In this document: one piece after another, positions 13,230-22,688 of the stretch
Layout: each line of letters starts with the position of its first letter
Numbering within the stretch: position 1 is the stretch's first letter
From: Mycolicibacterium smegmatis
GTDB taxonomy: Bacteria; Actinomycetota; Actinomycetes; Mycobacteriales; Mycobacteriaceae
DNA length: 32,000 bases
Assembly: GCF_001457595.1 (NCBI RefSeq)
Contig: NZ_LN831039.1
Coordinates: 3,210,001 to 3,242,000, forward strand
Direction: 5' to 3'
The notes under the pieces: model-generated
The model's input: only the letters and a program-made list of their open reading frames with translations
What the model was told of the DNA's origin: nothing
The model's database searches: none
Made by a program: the position numbers and the translations under genes

Positions 13230-13273
13230 CCCCCTGAACAGGGTGGGCACCGCCACCAGGTAGTCTTGCGGCC

Positions 13274-13510
13274 ATGCAATTGGCCCTGCAGATCGTCCTG
13301 GTCGTGACCAGTGTCCTGGTCGTGCTCTTGGTACTGCTGCACCGTGCCAAGGGTGGCGGCCTGTCCACCCTGTTCGGCGGTGGTGTGCAGTCCAGCCTGT
13401 CGGGGTCCACCGTGGTCGAGAAGAACCTCGACCGGCTCACGCTGTTCGTCGTCGGCATCTGGTTGGTGTCGATCGTCGGCGTGGCGCTGCAGATCAAGTA
13501 CAACGTCTGA
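13274..13510 (+). CDS. secG: Preprotein translocase subunit SecG
   Basis: 78 aa ORF: MQLALQIVLVVTSVLVVLLVLLHRAKGGGLSTLFGGGVQSSLSGSTVVEKNLDRLTLFVVGIWLVSIVGVAL. Located after tpiA as in other Actinobacteria. Confidence 0.95.
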   Translation: MQLALQIVLVVTSVLVVLLVLLHRAKGGGLSTLFGGGVQSSLSGSTVVEKNLDRLTLFVVGIWLVSIVGVALQIKYNV

Positions 13511-13515
13511 TCCCG

Positions 13516-13534
13516 CCCGGGCCGGCGGCCCGGG
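13516..13534 (+). terminator. Possible hairpin terminator after secG (no U-tract)
   Basis: Perfect 8 bp stem CCCGGGCC-ggc-GGCCCGGG starting 6 nt after the secG stop. Confidence 0.45.
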
Positions 13535-13627
13535 TGGTTGAGCAGGAAAAATCCCCGGTCTTCAGGGGTCGTCAGCGGGGTGTCCCCGCTTGTAGCATCC
13601 GATCACCAGCGATCGTCTGGAGTCGTG

Positions 13628-14722
13628 ATGCTCACCAGATTCGCGTCGCCGCGGCTGGTCATCCGACTGGCCCGCACCAGCGAAGCCGCACGGCACTACG
13701 TGTTGCGGCTGCATCAGTTGCTGGCCCCGCCCCCGGCCGTCATCACCGAGATGATCGTCTCCGGATGGACCGCGCAGGCCATCACCGCAGCGGCGGATCT
13801 GAAGGTCGCCGACGCCCTGGCCGCCGGGCCCCTGTCCGTCGAAGCCCTCGCCCGCGATGTCGGCGCCGATCCCGATGCCCTCGACCGGTTGATGCGCGCA
13901 CTGGTCAGCCGGGTCGTGTTCGCCCAACGTCGAGACGGGCGATACCGGCTGAACGCGCTGGCCGAGACACTGCGCTCGGATACGCCCGTGTCACTGGCCG
14001 GGGCGGCCCGGTTCTACGGTTCGCGGTTGCACCGCGAGGATCTGAGCATGCTGACCGCGTCGGTGCAGACCGATGAGTCGGGCTTCGAAAAGCTGCGGGG
14101 GATGGATTTCTGGGAATTCCTCGCGACCACCCCGGAACTCGCGGAGCTGTTCAACCAGGCCATGACCAGCCTGTCGAAGATGAGCGCCCCCGTGATCGCG
14201 GCGGCCTACGACTTCACGCCGTTCCGCACGGTCTTCGACGTCGGCGGCGGTCAGGGCCGGCTTCTGGCCGCCATCCTCGACGTGGCGCCGGGAGCGCGGG
14301 GCGTGTTGTTCGACCTGCCCGACGTCGTCGCGGAGGCGCCCGCGCTGCTCCGGCAACTCGGGGTCGGCGGGCGGGTCGACATCGTGGGCGGATCGTTCTT
14401 CGACAGCGCACCCGAAGGCGACGTGTACGTCCTCAAACACGTCATCCACGACTGGGGCGACGACGACGCCGTGTCGATCCTGCGCAACATCCGGTCCGCG
14501 GCGCCCGGTGACGCGCTGATCCTGTTGGCGGAGATCGTGATTCCGCAGCATCATCGCGAAAACCTCGGCAAGCTCCTCGATCTGGAGATGCTGATCGGGG
14601 GTGAAGCCCGCGAACGCACCGCCGAGCAGTACCGGCGTCTGCTGGACCGTGCGGGGCTGCGGATGACCCGGATCCTGCCGACCGCGGGACCGCACAGTCT
14701 CATCGAGGCGCGCTCGGCGTGA
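13628..14722 (+). CDS. SAM-dependent class-2 O-methyltransferase-like protein (hydroxyneurosporene/acetylserotonin type)
   Basis: ORF from ATG 13628 (frame open from 13538). Dimerisation/HTH-like N-terminus, SAM motif RTVFDVGGGQGRLLAAIL, and VYVLKHVIHDWGDDDAVSILRNIRSAAPGDALILLAEIVI. Confidence 0.87.
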   Translation: MLTRFASPRLVIRLARTSEAARHYVLRLHQLLAPPPAVITEMIVSGWTAQAITAAADLKVADALAAGPLSVEALARDVGADPDALDRLMRALVSRVVFAQRRDGRYRLNALAETLRSDTPVSLAGAARFYGSRLHREDLSMLTASVQTDESGFEKLRGMDFWEFLATTPELAELFNQAMTSLSKMSAPVIAAAYDFTPFRTVFDVGGGQGRLLAAILDVAPGARGVLFDLPDVVAEAPALLRQLGVGGRVDIVGGSFFDSAPEGDVYVLKHVIHDWGDDDAVSILRNIRSAAPGDALILLAEIVIPQHHRENLGKLLDLEMLIGGEARERTAEQYRRLLDRAGLRMTRILPTAGPHSLIEARSA

Positions 14723-14738
14723 GCGGACTCGAAGCGAC

Positions 14739-15434
14739 TCAGTAGTCGGAGGCCACCTGCGGCTCGGCGGTGCCGAGCAGCGCACGTGATCCCGAGACAC
14801 CCAGCCGCGTCGCACCTGCGGCGATCATGGCCTTCGCCGTCTCGAGCGTTCGCACGCCACCGGATGCCTTCACTTCGAGGCCGGCGTCTCTGACGGTGCG
14901 GGCCATGAGTTCCACGGCGTGAACCGTTGCGCCGCCGGCCGGATGGAACCCGGTTGACGTCTTGACGAAGTCGGCGCGCGCCTCGACAGCCGCACTGCAC
15001 ACCGCGACGATCTCGGCATCGGTCAGGGCGGCCGATTCGATGATCACCTTCAGCACCGTCGGTGCCGGTGCGGCCGCACGCACCGCGGCGATGTCGGCCT
15101 GGACCCTGTCGAAAGCTCCCTCTTTGGCGGCGCCGACGTCGATCACCATGTCGATCTCGTCGGCGCCGTGCCGCACGGCGTCGGCGGCCTCGGCGGCTTT
15201 GACCGCCGAGCTGTGCTTGCCGCTCGGAAAACCGCACACCGCAGCAACTTTCAGAGTCTGCCCGCGGGGGACCTCGACCGGCAGCATCGACGGGGACACA
15301 CACACCGAGTACGTGCCCAGTTCCAGGGCCTCGGCGACGAGTGCGTCGACATCGGCTGTTGTGGCCTCGGGTTTCAGCAGGGTGTGGTCGATCACGGCCG
15401 CGATCTCGGCAGCGCTCGGATCAGTCGTCGTCAC
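14739..15434 (-). CDS. deoC: Deoxyribose-phosphate aldolase
   Basis: 231 aa ORF (GTG start): [23 protein letters not shown], catalytic Schiff-base Lys region [16 protein letters not shown], and [28 protein letters not shown]. Confidence 0.95.
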   Translation of the reverse strand: MTTTDPSAAEIAAVIDHTLLKPEATTADVDALVAEALELGTYSVCVSPSMLPVEVPRGQTLKVAAVCGFPSGKHSSAVKAAEAADAVRHGADEIDMVIDVGAAKEGAFDRVQADIAAVRAAAPAPTVLKVIIESAALTDAEIVAVCSAAVEARADFVKTSTGFHPAGGATVHAVELMARTVRDAGLEVKASGGVRTLETAKAMIAAGATRLGVSGSRALLGTAEPQVASDY

Positions 15435-15458
15435 GATTCGTGTCCTTCGGTTCGGTTT

Positions 15459-16460
15459 TCAGGATGTCTTGGCTTGGCGGTCGAGGACGTAGTTCATGAT
15501 CAGAGCCGCGACCAGGATGAGTCCCGTCACCAGCATCTGGAAGAACGAACTCAGACCCAGCAGGTTGAACAGGTTGCGCAGCACCGACAGCAGCAGCACG
15601 GCGATGAATGTGCCCATGACGCCGCCCTTTCCGCCGAACAGGCTGGTGCCGCCCAGTACCACCGCGGCGATCGCATCGAGCTCCAGACCCGTGTTGGCGG
15701 TGGGCTGGCCGATGGTGAGCCGTGCGGTCAGCAACACCCCGGTGAGCGCGGCCAACCCGCTGCAGATGACATACGCCGCGGTGGTGATGCGCTGCACCGG
15801 CAGCCCGGACAGACGTGCCGCCTTGGCGTTGCTGCCGACGGCGTAGACGTGTTCACCGAACGTCGTCCGGCGCAGAACCAGACCCACGATCAGGGTGGTG
15901 AGCACGAAGATCAGGCCCACGACGGGAATTCCTGCCACGGATCCGGCGCCCAAGAACCGCAGGCCGATCGGGATCTCGGCCGTCGTGGGTGTGCCGTTGG
16001 TGGTCAGGAACGTCAGCCCGCGGATGCTCTGCATCCCGGCCAGCGTCACCATGAACGCCGGCAGGGCCAGATACGCGCTCAAACCGCCCATGATCCCGCC
16101 GAGGACCAGCCCGCTCATGATCGCGACCACCATGGCCAGCGGCCACGCGATGCCCATTCCGATGAGGATCGCGACCAGCATTCCCGACAGCGCCGCGACG
16201 CTTCCGACCGACAGGTCGATGCCCGAGGTCAGGATGACGACGGTCATCCCGATCGCCACGATGCCCGTCAGGCTGGACTGCTGAAGCAGATTCGCCAGGT
16301 TCTGCGAGGTGAGGAACTGCGGCGCCGTGACGGACGCGACGGCGAACAGCGCGATGAAGATGAACAGCAGATTGAACCGCACGATGATGTTCTGGCGCCG
16401 GGTACGTCCGGAACCGGTTGCGGTGGATGTGGAGGACGTCTCCTCGATGAGGTCAGTCAT
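15459..16460 (-). CDS. RbsC-like sugar ABC transporter permease
   Basis: 333 aa multi-TM ORF: QQSSLTGIVAIGMTVVILTSGIDLSVGSVAALSGMLVAILIG...GLVLRRTTFGEHVYAVGSNAKAARLSGLPVQR...LDAIAAVVLGGTSLFGGKGGVMGT. Confidence 0.93.
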   Translation of the reverse strand: MTDLIEETSSTSTATGSGRTRRQNIIVRFNLLFIFIALFAVASVTAPQFLTSQNLANLLQQSSLTGIVAIGMTVVILTSGIDLSVGSVAALSGMLVAILIGMGIAWPLAMVVAIMSGLVLGGIMGGLSAYLALPAFMVTLAGMQSIRGLTFLTTNGTPTTAEIPIGLRFLGAGSVAGIPVVGLIFVLTTLIVGLVLRRTTFGEHVYAVGSNAKAARLSGLPVQRITTAAYVICSGLAALTGVLLTARLTIGQPTANTGLELDAIAAVVLGGTSLFGGKGGVMGTFIAVLLLSVLRNLFNLLGLSSFFQMLVTGLILVAALIMNYVLDRQAKTS

Positions 16461-18000
16461 TGTCGTGCCTTCCTGTGACGACGCAGCGGGCGATGTCCGT
16501 GGCTGATGTGGTTCTGGGGTCGAACGCGGCGATGTTTCTTCCCTCGTGCATGACCCAGATCAGATCGCAGTTCTCGGTGAGCTCACTCAACTCGCTGGAG
16601 GCCATCAACACGCCGACACCGGAATCCGCCAGCGCCTGAACCTGTTCGAACAGATCACCTTTGGCGCCGATGTCCAACCCCCGGGTCGGCTCGTCGAGGA
16701 GCAGGAGATCGATTCCGCGTGCCATCCATTTGGCGAGCACGACTTTCTGCTGGTTGCCGCCCGAGAGCTGACCGACCGGCTGATCGAGGCCGGCGAACTT
16801 GACGCCGAGGCGTCGCAGCGCCGGCATGCAGAGTTGCTCGGCTGCTTTCATCGGGTTGACGCGCAACGGGCGCAGTGCCGCGATTCCGGCGTTACGCAGG
16901 ATCGACTGCTCCAGGAACAGGCCTTGACTCTTGCGGTCCTCGGGTACCAGGCCGATGCCGGCAGCGACCGCGCCGCGTGGCGTCAGCCGGTCGAGTCGCA
17001 CACCGTTGAGCGTGAGATCCAGGGTGGCTGTGCGGTCACCGAACAGGGTCGCCAGCAGCGTCGATCTGCCCGCGCCTCCCAGCCCCGCCAGCCCGACGAT
17101 CTCTCCCCGCCCGACGCTGATGTCCGAGACGTCCAGAACCCCGGGAATCGTGGCGCGACGAACCTTCAGAAGCTCGGTCCTCGCGCCGTCCGGACCGGGT
17201 CGCCGTGGCGGCAGCGCTTGCAGGCCGCGGCCGATCATCGCTTCGACCAGTTCGTCTTTCGTCACGCTCGCGATGTCGAACACGCCGACGGTCGCGCCGT
17301 CACGCATGACGGTGGCCCGATCACCGATCTCCTTCACCTCATCGAGTCGGTGCGATATGTAGATCACCGACTTGCCTGCCGAGGTGAGCTCGCGGATGAC
17401 GCGGAACACCGCGGCGAGATCGTGATCGGTGAGGGCGGCACTCGGCTCGTCCATGATGACGACGCGGGCGTCGGTGGTGAGCGCCTTGGCGATCGCGGTG
17501 AGTTGCTGATCGGCCACGGACAGATTCGCCACCACATCCGACGGTGCGAAGCTTCCGCCGACTCTCTCGATCGCGGCCTGCGCCAGCCTGTCTCGTTTCC
17601 GGCGGGCGACGAACGGCCCCCGCTTCGGTTCGTGGCCCAGGAAGAGGTTCTGCGCCACGGTCAGGTCCGGCACGAGATCCAGTTCCTGGTAGATCGTGTT
17701 GATCCCCGCTCGGACCCCGTCGATCGGCGAACTGAAGGACGTTTCCACACCGTCGATCACGATCGTCCCGGAATCCGGTGTGTAGGAGCCGGAAAGGATC
17801 TTCATCATGGTGCTCTTGCCCGCGCCGTTCTCGCCGAGCAGGCAATGTACCTCGCCGGGAGCAACTTCGAGCGTCGCGCCGTTGCAGGCCTTGGTGCCCG
17901 GGAACGTCTTCACGATGTCGTGCATCCGCACGGCGGGAACCAGCGGGGTGTTCACCGCAGGATCGGACAGGGTCGATTCTGTGTTGTGACTCGTCGTCAT
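16453..18000 (-). CDS. RbsA-like sugar ABC transporter ATP-binding protein (two ABC domains)
   Basis: 515 aa ORF. Walker A GENGAGKSTMMKILSG, first-domain signature/Walker B region NLSVADQQLTAIAKALTTDARVVIMDEPSAALT, second-domain degenerate Walker A GLAGLGGAGRSTLLATLFG, and signature LSGGNQQKVVLAKWMARGIDLLLLDEPTRGLD. Confidence 0.95.
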   Translation of the reverse strand: MTTSHNTESTLSDPAVNTPLVPAVRMHDIVKTFPGTKACNGATLEVAPGEVHCLLGENGAGKSTMMKILSGSYTPDSGTIVIDGVETSFSSPIDGVRAGINTIYQELDLVPDLTVAQNLFLGHEPKRGPFVARRKRDRLAQAAIERVGGSFAPSDVVANLSVADQQLTAIAKALTTDARVVIMDEPSAALTDHDLAAVFRVIRELTSAGKSVIYISHRLDEVKEIGDRATVMRDGATVGVFDIASVTKDELVEAMIGRGLQALPPRRPGPDGARTELLKVRRATIPGVLDVSDISVGRGEIVGLAGLGGAGRSTLLATLFGDRTATLDLTLNGVRLDRLTPRGAVAAGIGLVPEDRKSQGLFLEQSILRNAGIAALRPLRVNPMKAAEQLCMPALRRLGVKFAGLDQPVGQLSGGNQQKVVLAKWMARGIDLLLLDEPTRGLDIGAKGDLFEQVQALADSGVGVLMASSELSELTENCDLIWVMHEGRNIAAFDPRTTSATDIARCVVTGRHDND

Positions 18001-18001
18001 G

Positions 18002-18946
18002 TCATTGCTCCAGCACGGCCTGCGCCGTGGGTTCGTCGGTGATCAGAACCGAGCACAGTCCGCTGACCAGAGCGCCGTTGACGACGGGGACCTTCCTTCT
18101 GCCCGCTGCCACTGCTATGGCGCAGTTGGCGTTCCGGACGTCGTCCAGGCTCAGCCCGACCGTCCGCTTGTCGATGTCGTCGTAGGCGATCTCACCGTTC
18201 GAGGTGATGTAGTGCGCGAGAACATCACCGCAGGCACCCGCCGCTTCCAGGAGGGTGAGTTCGGCCGGTGTGATGGCGCCCGACTCCACCAGCACAGACG
18301 TGGGTCCGAGCGCTCCGAGTGAGAACAGCAGGGCATCTGCCTTGCGCGCCCTTGACAGCACGTCCTCGACGAAACCCTCTTCGTACAGGGCGTTTCGGGT
18401 TTCTATGCGCTCGACTATCGCGGGAACGGGCAACAGCGTGGCCCGTCCGTGTCCGCTGTGGGCGATGCTGGTCACGATGTTCGCGGCTCTGGTGGGGTGT
18501 ACCGATCGGCTGACTCCGCCGTTGGCCTGGATCACCTCAATACCGCTCGTCCATCCGGCGGGCAGTACGGCCGCGATGTGCTGCAGTGTGTTGCCCCATG
18601 AGACGCCGAGCGTGGTGATCCAGGAGGCGTTGGTCTTCAGGTAGTTCGCCGCTGCGGTGGCCACGTGCCGCCCGTCGACGTCGGGGGCGTCGGGGCCCGG
18701 TACGACGACGCACTCACGAAGGCCGAACCGGCTCCGCATGGCGATCTCCAGGTGCGTGCGGCGCGCCTGCGGATGCACGATCCTGATCTCGACCAGCCCG
18801 GCGCTTCGCGCCTCGTCGAGCAGCCGCCCGACCTTCCACCGCGTCAGGTGGAGTTCGGACCCGATGTCCTCCTGCGTGCGCCCCTGTTCGTAGTAGCACT
18901 GCGCGACGTAGATCAGCAGGTCGGTGTGACTCTTGTCCGTGAGCAT
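18002..18946 (-). CDS. SorC-family (B. subtilis DeoR / LsrR type) transcriptional regulator
   Basis: Start taken at ATG 18944-18946. MLTDKSHTDLLIYVAQCYYEQGRTQEDIGSELHLTRWKVGRLLDEARSAGLVEIRI is an HTH, followed by a sugar-binding domain (ITTLGVSWGNTLQHIAAVLP, ADALLFSLGALGPTS, ITSNGEIAYDD, VPVVNGALVSGLCSVLITDEPTAQAVL). Confidence 0.9.
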   Translation of the reverse strand: MLTDKSHTDLLIYVAQCYYEQGRTQEDIGSELHLTRWKVGRLLDEARSAGLVEIRIVHPQARRTHLEIAMRSRFGLRECVVVPGPDAPDVDGRHVATAAANYLKTNASWITTLGVSWGNTLQHIAAVLPAGWTSGIEVIQANGGVSRSVHPTRAANIVTSIAHSGHGRATLLPVPAIVERIETRNALYEEGFVEDVLSRARKADALLFSLGALGPTSVLVESGAITPAELTLLEAAGACGDVLAHYITSNGEIAYDDIDKRTVGLSLDDVRNANCAIAVAAGRRKVPVVNGALVSGLCSVLITDEPTAQAVLEQ

Positions 18947-20505
18947 CACCGGACCACCCGGAATGACGCACGCGCACCCGCGGCCGCATCGGATCCGCCG
19001 TCGACGGTGTCGCACATGATCGGCCGCAACGCCGCGGTGAGCCGCTGGTAGTCGTCGAAGGTCTGCTCATAGAGGAGACTTCGTTTCGGATCGGGTTCGA
19101 GCATCCGCACTCGCGGGGCGAACAGACGGGAACCGGCCGTCAGGCTCGGGACGATGCCGGCCCCGGTCGCGGCGATCACCGCGCACGCCCGCAGCGTGAG
19201 GTTCTCCCCGATGACCAGCTCGGCCGGGCGGCCCAGCACATCGATCGTCACCTGCTGCCACAACGTGTTCCGTTCGATGCCTCCGGAGAAGACCAGGCGT
19301 GAACACGGCACGCCGGATCGCTCGAACGAGTCGATGACACTGCGGGTGCCGCACGCCACGGCCTCGACCATCGCCCGGTACAGTTCGGCCTTCGTGGTAC
19401 CGAGCGTCAGTCCGATGACCGCGCCGCGCAGCCGGGCCTCACGGTGCGGTGTCCGGTTTCCCATGAAGTAGTCGAGCGCACGCAGGCCGTGGGACGCGGG
19501 ATCGACCGCGGCCGCCTGGTCGATCAGCCCCGCCAGTTCGTCGCGCGGGACCCCCATGATGGACTCACCTGTCCATTTGAGTACCGAACCACTGGTGACC
19601 TGGCCGCCTTCCACCAGCCACTTGCCCGGATTCAACGCCTCGGGATACGGGCCCCACACCTCGTTCGACGTGGTCGGCCGGTCGACCTCGGTGACGATGG
19701 CCGACGAGGTACCGGACACGAGCGACACCAGGCCGTCCACGTTGCCGCCGCAGGCCAGAAGCGATACGTGCGCGTCGATCCCGCCCACCGCGACCACGGG
19801 CCTGCCGTCGATACCCAGGTCGGCGGCCGCGCTGTCGGCCAGGGGGCCCGCGACACCGCCCACCGGCACGATCTCGTCGGGAAGCTTGTCGATGAGGTCG
19901 TCCATCCCCAGCGCGGCATAGAGTTCGGCCGGGAACCGGCCCGCGAGGGTGTCGTAGTTGTACTTGCACACCGCGTTCATCTGCGAGCCGACCCATCGAC
20001 CTGTCAGCCGGAACGTCAGGTAGTCGACGGCCTCGACGATGCGTGCCGCAGACCGGTACGCGTCCGGGTCGTGCTTCTTGAGCCACATCGCCTTGGGCAG
20101 AAGCCATTCCGCGGCATCCGAACCGCCGGACCACTCCAGGATCGGGTGTTGCAGGCAGAGCCGCGCCGTCTGCTCGGATTCGGCGGCACCACGGGCATCC
20201 ATCCACAGGATGGCGGGGCGCAGCGGTGTGCCCGCCGCGTCGACCACCGCGACCGTGGACGCCGTGGTGGACGCGGCCACGGCGATGACCCGGCCTGCCG
20301 CCCGGCACAGTTCACCCGACAGCAGTTCACGCGTCGCCGCGGTGATCGCGGCCCACCAATCCCGCGGATCCTGCTCTGCCCAGCCCGGTCTCGGATGGTG
20401 CGTCAGGTAGGGCCGGTGGGTCGAGCCCAGTGCGGTGCCGTCCTCGGTGAAGGCGCCCACGCGGGCACCTTCGGTGCCGAGGTCGATGGTCAAGAGGATG
20501 CCCAT
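18946..20505 (-). CDS. FGGY-family carbohydrate kinase, substrate undetermined
   Basis: 519 aa ORF: LLTIDLGTEGARVGAF, GWAEQDPRDWWAAI, AILWMDARGAAE, GGIDAHVSLLACG, LVFSGGIERNTLWQQVTIDVLGRPAELV. Confidence 0.92.
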   Translation of the reverse strand: MGILLTIDLGTEGARVGAFTEDGTALGSTHRPYLTHHPRPGWAEQDPRDWWAAITAATRELLSGELCRAAGRVIAVAASTTASTVAVVDAAGTPLRPAILWMDARGAAESEQTARLCLQHPILEWSGGSDAAEWLLPKAMWLKKHDPDAYRSAARIVEAVDYLTFRLTGRWVGSQMNAVCKYNYDTLAGRFPAELYAALGMDDLIDKLPDEIVPVGGVAGPLADSAAADLGIDGRPVVAVGGIDAHVSLLACGGNVDGLVSLVSGTSSAIVTEVDRPTTSNEVWGPYPEALNPGKWLVEGGQVTSGSVLKWTGESIMGVPRDELAGLIDQAAAVDPASHGLRALDYFMGNRTPHREARLRGAVIGLTLGTTKAELYRAMVEAVACGTRSVIDSFERSGVPCSRLVFSGGIERNTLWQQVTIDVLGRPAELVIGENLTLRACAVIAATGAGIVPSLTAGSRLFAPRVRMLEPDPKRSLLYEQTFDDYQRLTAALRPIMCDTVDGGSDAAAGARASFRVVR

Positions 20506-20508
20506 GCG

Positions 20509-21600
20509 TCAGACCTCGTTGGGTACGAACAGAACCTTGGACGAGAAGATCGAGCGGTCACCGAGTTGCTGCATCATCCGCGGCAGCTCGGACAGGCCCA
20601 GCTCATGGGTGATCATGAACTCCCACTTGAGCTTTCCTGCTGCCATCATGCGCGCCGCGGTGCGCCACTCGTCGCCCGGGAACGGCGCCGAGAAGGAGTT
20701 CCACGAGCCGTGCAGGCTGGTCTCCAAGCGCATGAACTTGTTGAAGGTGTCCTTCTCCAAGGTCACCGGCGCGTGCGGGATGCCCACGAAGACCGCGTGT
20801 CCGTGTGGGCCGGTGAGGTTGGCGGCCATGTCCGCGGTCGCGGGAACGCCGGCCGATTCGAGCACGATGTCGAAGCCGCGTCCGCCGATGGCGCGCGCGT
20901 CCTCGGCATCCTGCACCGCGTCGGTCGCGCCGGCTTGGCGGGCCATGGCTGCTTTCTCCTCGCTGAGGTCGACGGCCACGACCTGGTCAGCGCCGTGCAG
21001 TTTGGCCCACTGGATCGCGAAGAGCCCGATCGGCCCGGCGCCGATCACCAGCACGCGGTGTCCGGCGCGCAGACCGGTCTTCCACAGGCCGTGCAGCGCG
21101 ATCGCCGCGGGATCGAGCATGGCTGCGGCGCGGGGGTCGATACCGGCAGGCAGTTTCAGGAGGTTGCCGACCGGGCTGACGACGTACTGGGCGTATGCGC
21201 CGTCGGATCTGCTGCCGAAGTAGTCGTAGTTCTCGCAGAGCCCGAACTCGCCCTTGGCGCAGAAGTCGCAGCGGCGGCACGGGATGAGCGGGGGCACGGA
21301 CACGAGTTCGCCGATGTCGAATCCCTCGACACCGTCCCCGAGTTCGACGACCCATCCGGAGAACTCGTGCCCGCAGATGATGGGCATCACGTAACCGCCG
21401 TTGCGCAGCATCCGCGGGATGTCGGACCCGCAGACGCCGCAGGCCGCCACCTTGAGCAGCACCTCACCTGGCCCGGGACGCGGCACCGGCGCCTGCTCGA
21501 CGCGGATGTCCCCCGGCGCGTACATGACGGCCGCGGTCATGCTCGCGGGCAGGGCAGGTGGCGCCACCACGGTGGTCGGGGTGGGGGCCTCGGTTGTCAT
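20509..21600 (-). CDS. Zinc-dependent medium-chain dehydrogenase (polyol/GatD-like)
   Basis: 363 aa ORF: VAACGVCGSDIPRM, IICGHEFSGWVVELGDGV, structural Zn cysteines CRRCDFCAKGEFGLCENYDYFGSRSDGAYAQYVV, Rossmann VLVIGAGPIGLFAIQWAK. Confidence 0.92.
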   Translation of the reverse strand: MTTEAPTPTTVVAPPALPASMTAAVMYAPGDIRVEQAPVPRPGPGEVLLKVAACGVCGSDIPRMLRNGGYVMPIICGHEFSGWVVELGDGVEGFDIGELVSVPPLIPCRRCDFCAKGEFGLCENYDYFGSRSDGAYAQYVVSPVGNLLKLPAGIDPRAAAMLDPAAIALHGLWKTGLRAGHRVLVIGAGPIGLFAIQWAKLHGADQVVAVDLSEEKAAMARQAGATDAVQDAEDARAIGGRGFDIVLESAGVPATADMAANLTGPHGHAVFVGIPHAPVTLEKDTFNKFMRLETSLHGSWNSFSAPFPGDEWRTAARMMAAGKLKWEFMITHELGLSELPRMMQQLGDRSIFSSKVLFVPNEV

Positions 21601-21657
21601 TGACGTTGTCTCCTCGTGTGGTCTCGGAAAGTGCTGTGATCGGCGGTTGTTCAGCGG

Positions 21658-22638
21658 CTACTCGGCGGCGAAAGTCGACTCACCGACCAGAGCGGATGCG
21701 TTGGACTTGTCGACCAGACCCGTTCCGGCGTCGACGAATTCGGGAACAGACTCGCCGCGGGCGACCTTGGCCGCGGTCTGGATGGCCAAACGGCCTTCGG
21801 CGTCGGGGTCGTTGAGGGCCGTGGCGACGTACTGGTCACCGTCGGCGATGGCCCGCACGGCCTCCATGAGGCCGTCCACGCCGAAAACCTTGACGTCGGT
21901 GCGGTTGTTCTCGGCCAGCACCTGCATGGCGCCGAGCGCCATGTCGTCGTTCTGGGCGTAGACGCCCTTGAGATCCGGATGGGCCTGCAACAGGTCCTGC
22001 ATGGCGGTGACGGCCTTGGACCTGATGTAGTCGCAGTACGGGCCTTCCACGATGGTGATGTTGGGCCGGCCCGACACCGCCGCCTGGAATCCGTCGCGGC
22101 GGTCGCGGGCCACCGCACCGCCCGCGTCGCCCTGGATCTCGATGATCTTGCCGCCGTCGGGCCCGAGCGTGTCGACGGCGGCTTTGCCGACGAGTTCGCC
22201 CATCGCCTTGTTGTCGCGGCCCACGAACGACGCCGCGCCGGATTCGACGGGGCGGTCGACGGTGACGACCTTGATGCCCGCTGCCTCGGCCGCGGCGAGC
22301 GAGGGGGTGACTCCCTTCGGGTCGACCGGGTTGATCACGAGCACGTTGATGCCGCGCGTGATCAGATCCTGGACGTCGTTGTTCTGCTTGGTGATGTCGC
22401 CGTTGGCGTCGGCGTAGAACAGTTCGTCGCCCTGTGCCTGTGCCTCGGCCTTGGCCGCATCGGTGAGCGCGACATAGAACGGGCTCTGCTGGGTCGCCTG
22501 GCTGAAGCCGATCTTCAGGGCGCCGTCCACCACAGGCGCGTTCTGGGCCGCATCGTCACCTGGCACGGAGCAGCCGGTGAAAGACAGTGCCATGGCAGCC
22601 CCGAGAGCGATTCCTGATAGGGCTTTTGCGAAGCTCAC
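21658..22638 (-). CDS. RbsB-like sugar ABC transporter substrate-binding lipoprotein
   Basis: Start taken at GTG 22636-22638 with a strong RBS (GGAGGAAAA-GTG on the minus strand). Lipobox [11 protein letters not shown], then [30 protein letters not shown]...[23 protein letters not shown]...[16 protein letters not shown]. Confidence 0.93.
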   Translation of the reverse strand: MSFAKALSGIALGAAMALSFTGCSVPGDDAAQNAPVVDGALKIGFSQATQQSPFYVALTDAAKAEAQAQGDELFYADANGDITKQNNDVQDLITRGINVLVINPVDPKGVTPSLAAAEAAGIKVVTVDRPVESGAASFVGRDNKAMGELVGKAAVDTLGPDGGKIIEIQGDAGGAVARDRRDGFQAAVSGRPNITIVEGPYCDYIRSKAVTAMQDLLQAHPDLKGVYAQNDDMALGAMQVLAENNRTDVKVFGVDGLMEAVRAIADGDQYVATALNDPDAEGRLAIQTAAKVARGESVPEFVDAGTGLVDKSNASALVGESTFAAE

Positions 22639-22688
22639 TTTTCCTCCTTGCTTGCGGCGTGTCGGTGGTCTGGGCCGCGGATGACGCA

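Noticed and set aside
15168-18042. Large plus-strand ORFs (15168..16478 and 16546..18042) opposite the ABC transporter genes
   Set aside because: Low-complexity antisense translations; the minus-strand genes have full permease and ABC motifs.
19444-21603. 719 aa plus-strand ORF opposite the dehydrogenase and kinase
   Set aside because: Antisense GC artefact; the minus strand carries motif-complete MDR and FGGY proteins.
14739-22638. Assigning the operon as a true AI-2 lsr system
   Set aside because: Only one permease, no LsrG, the aldolase is a canonical DeoC (VKTSTGF), and there is an additional zinc dehydrogenase. Similarity is at the category level only.
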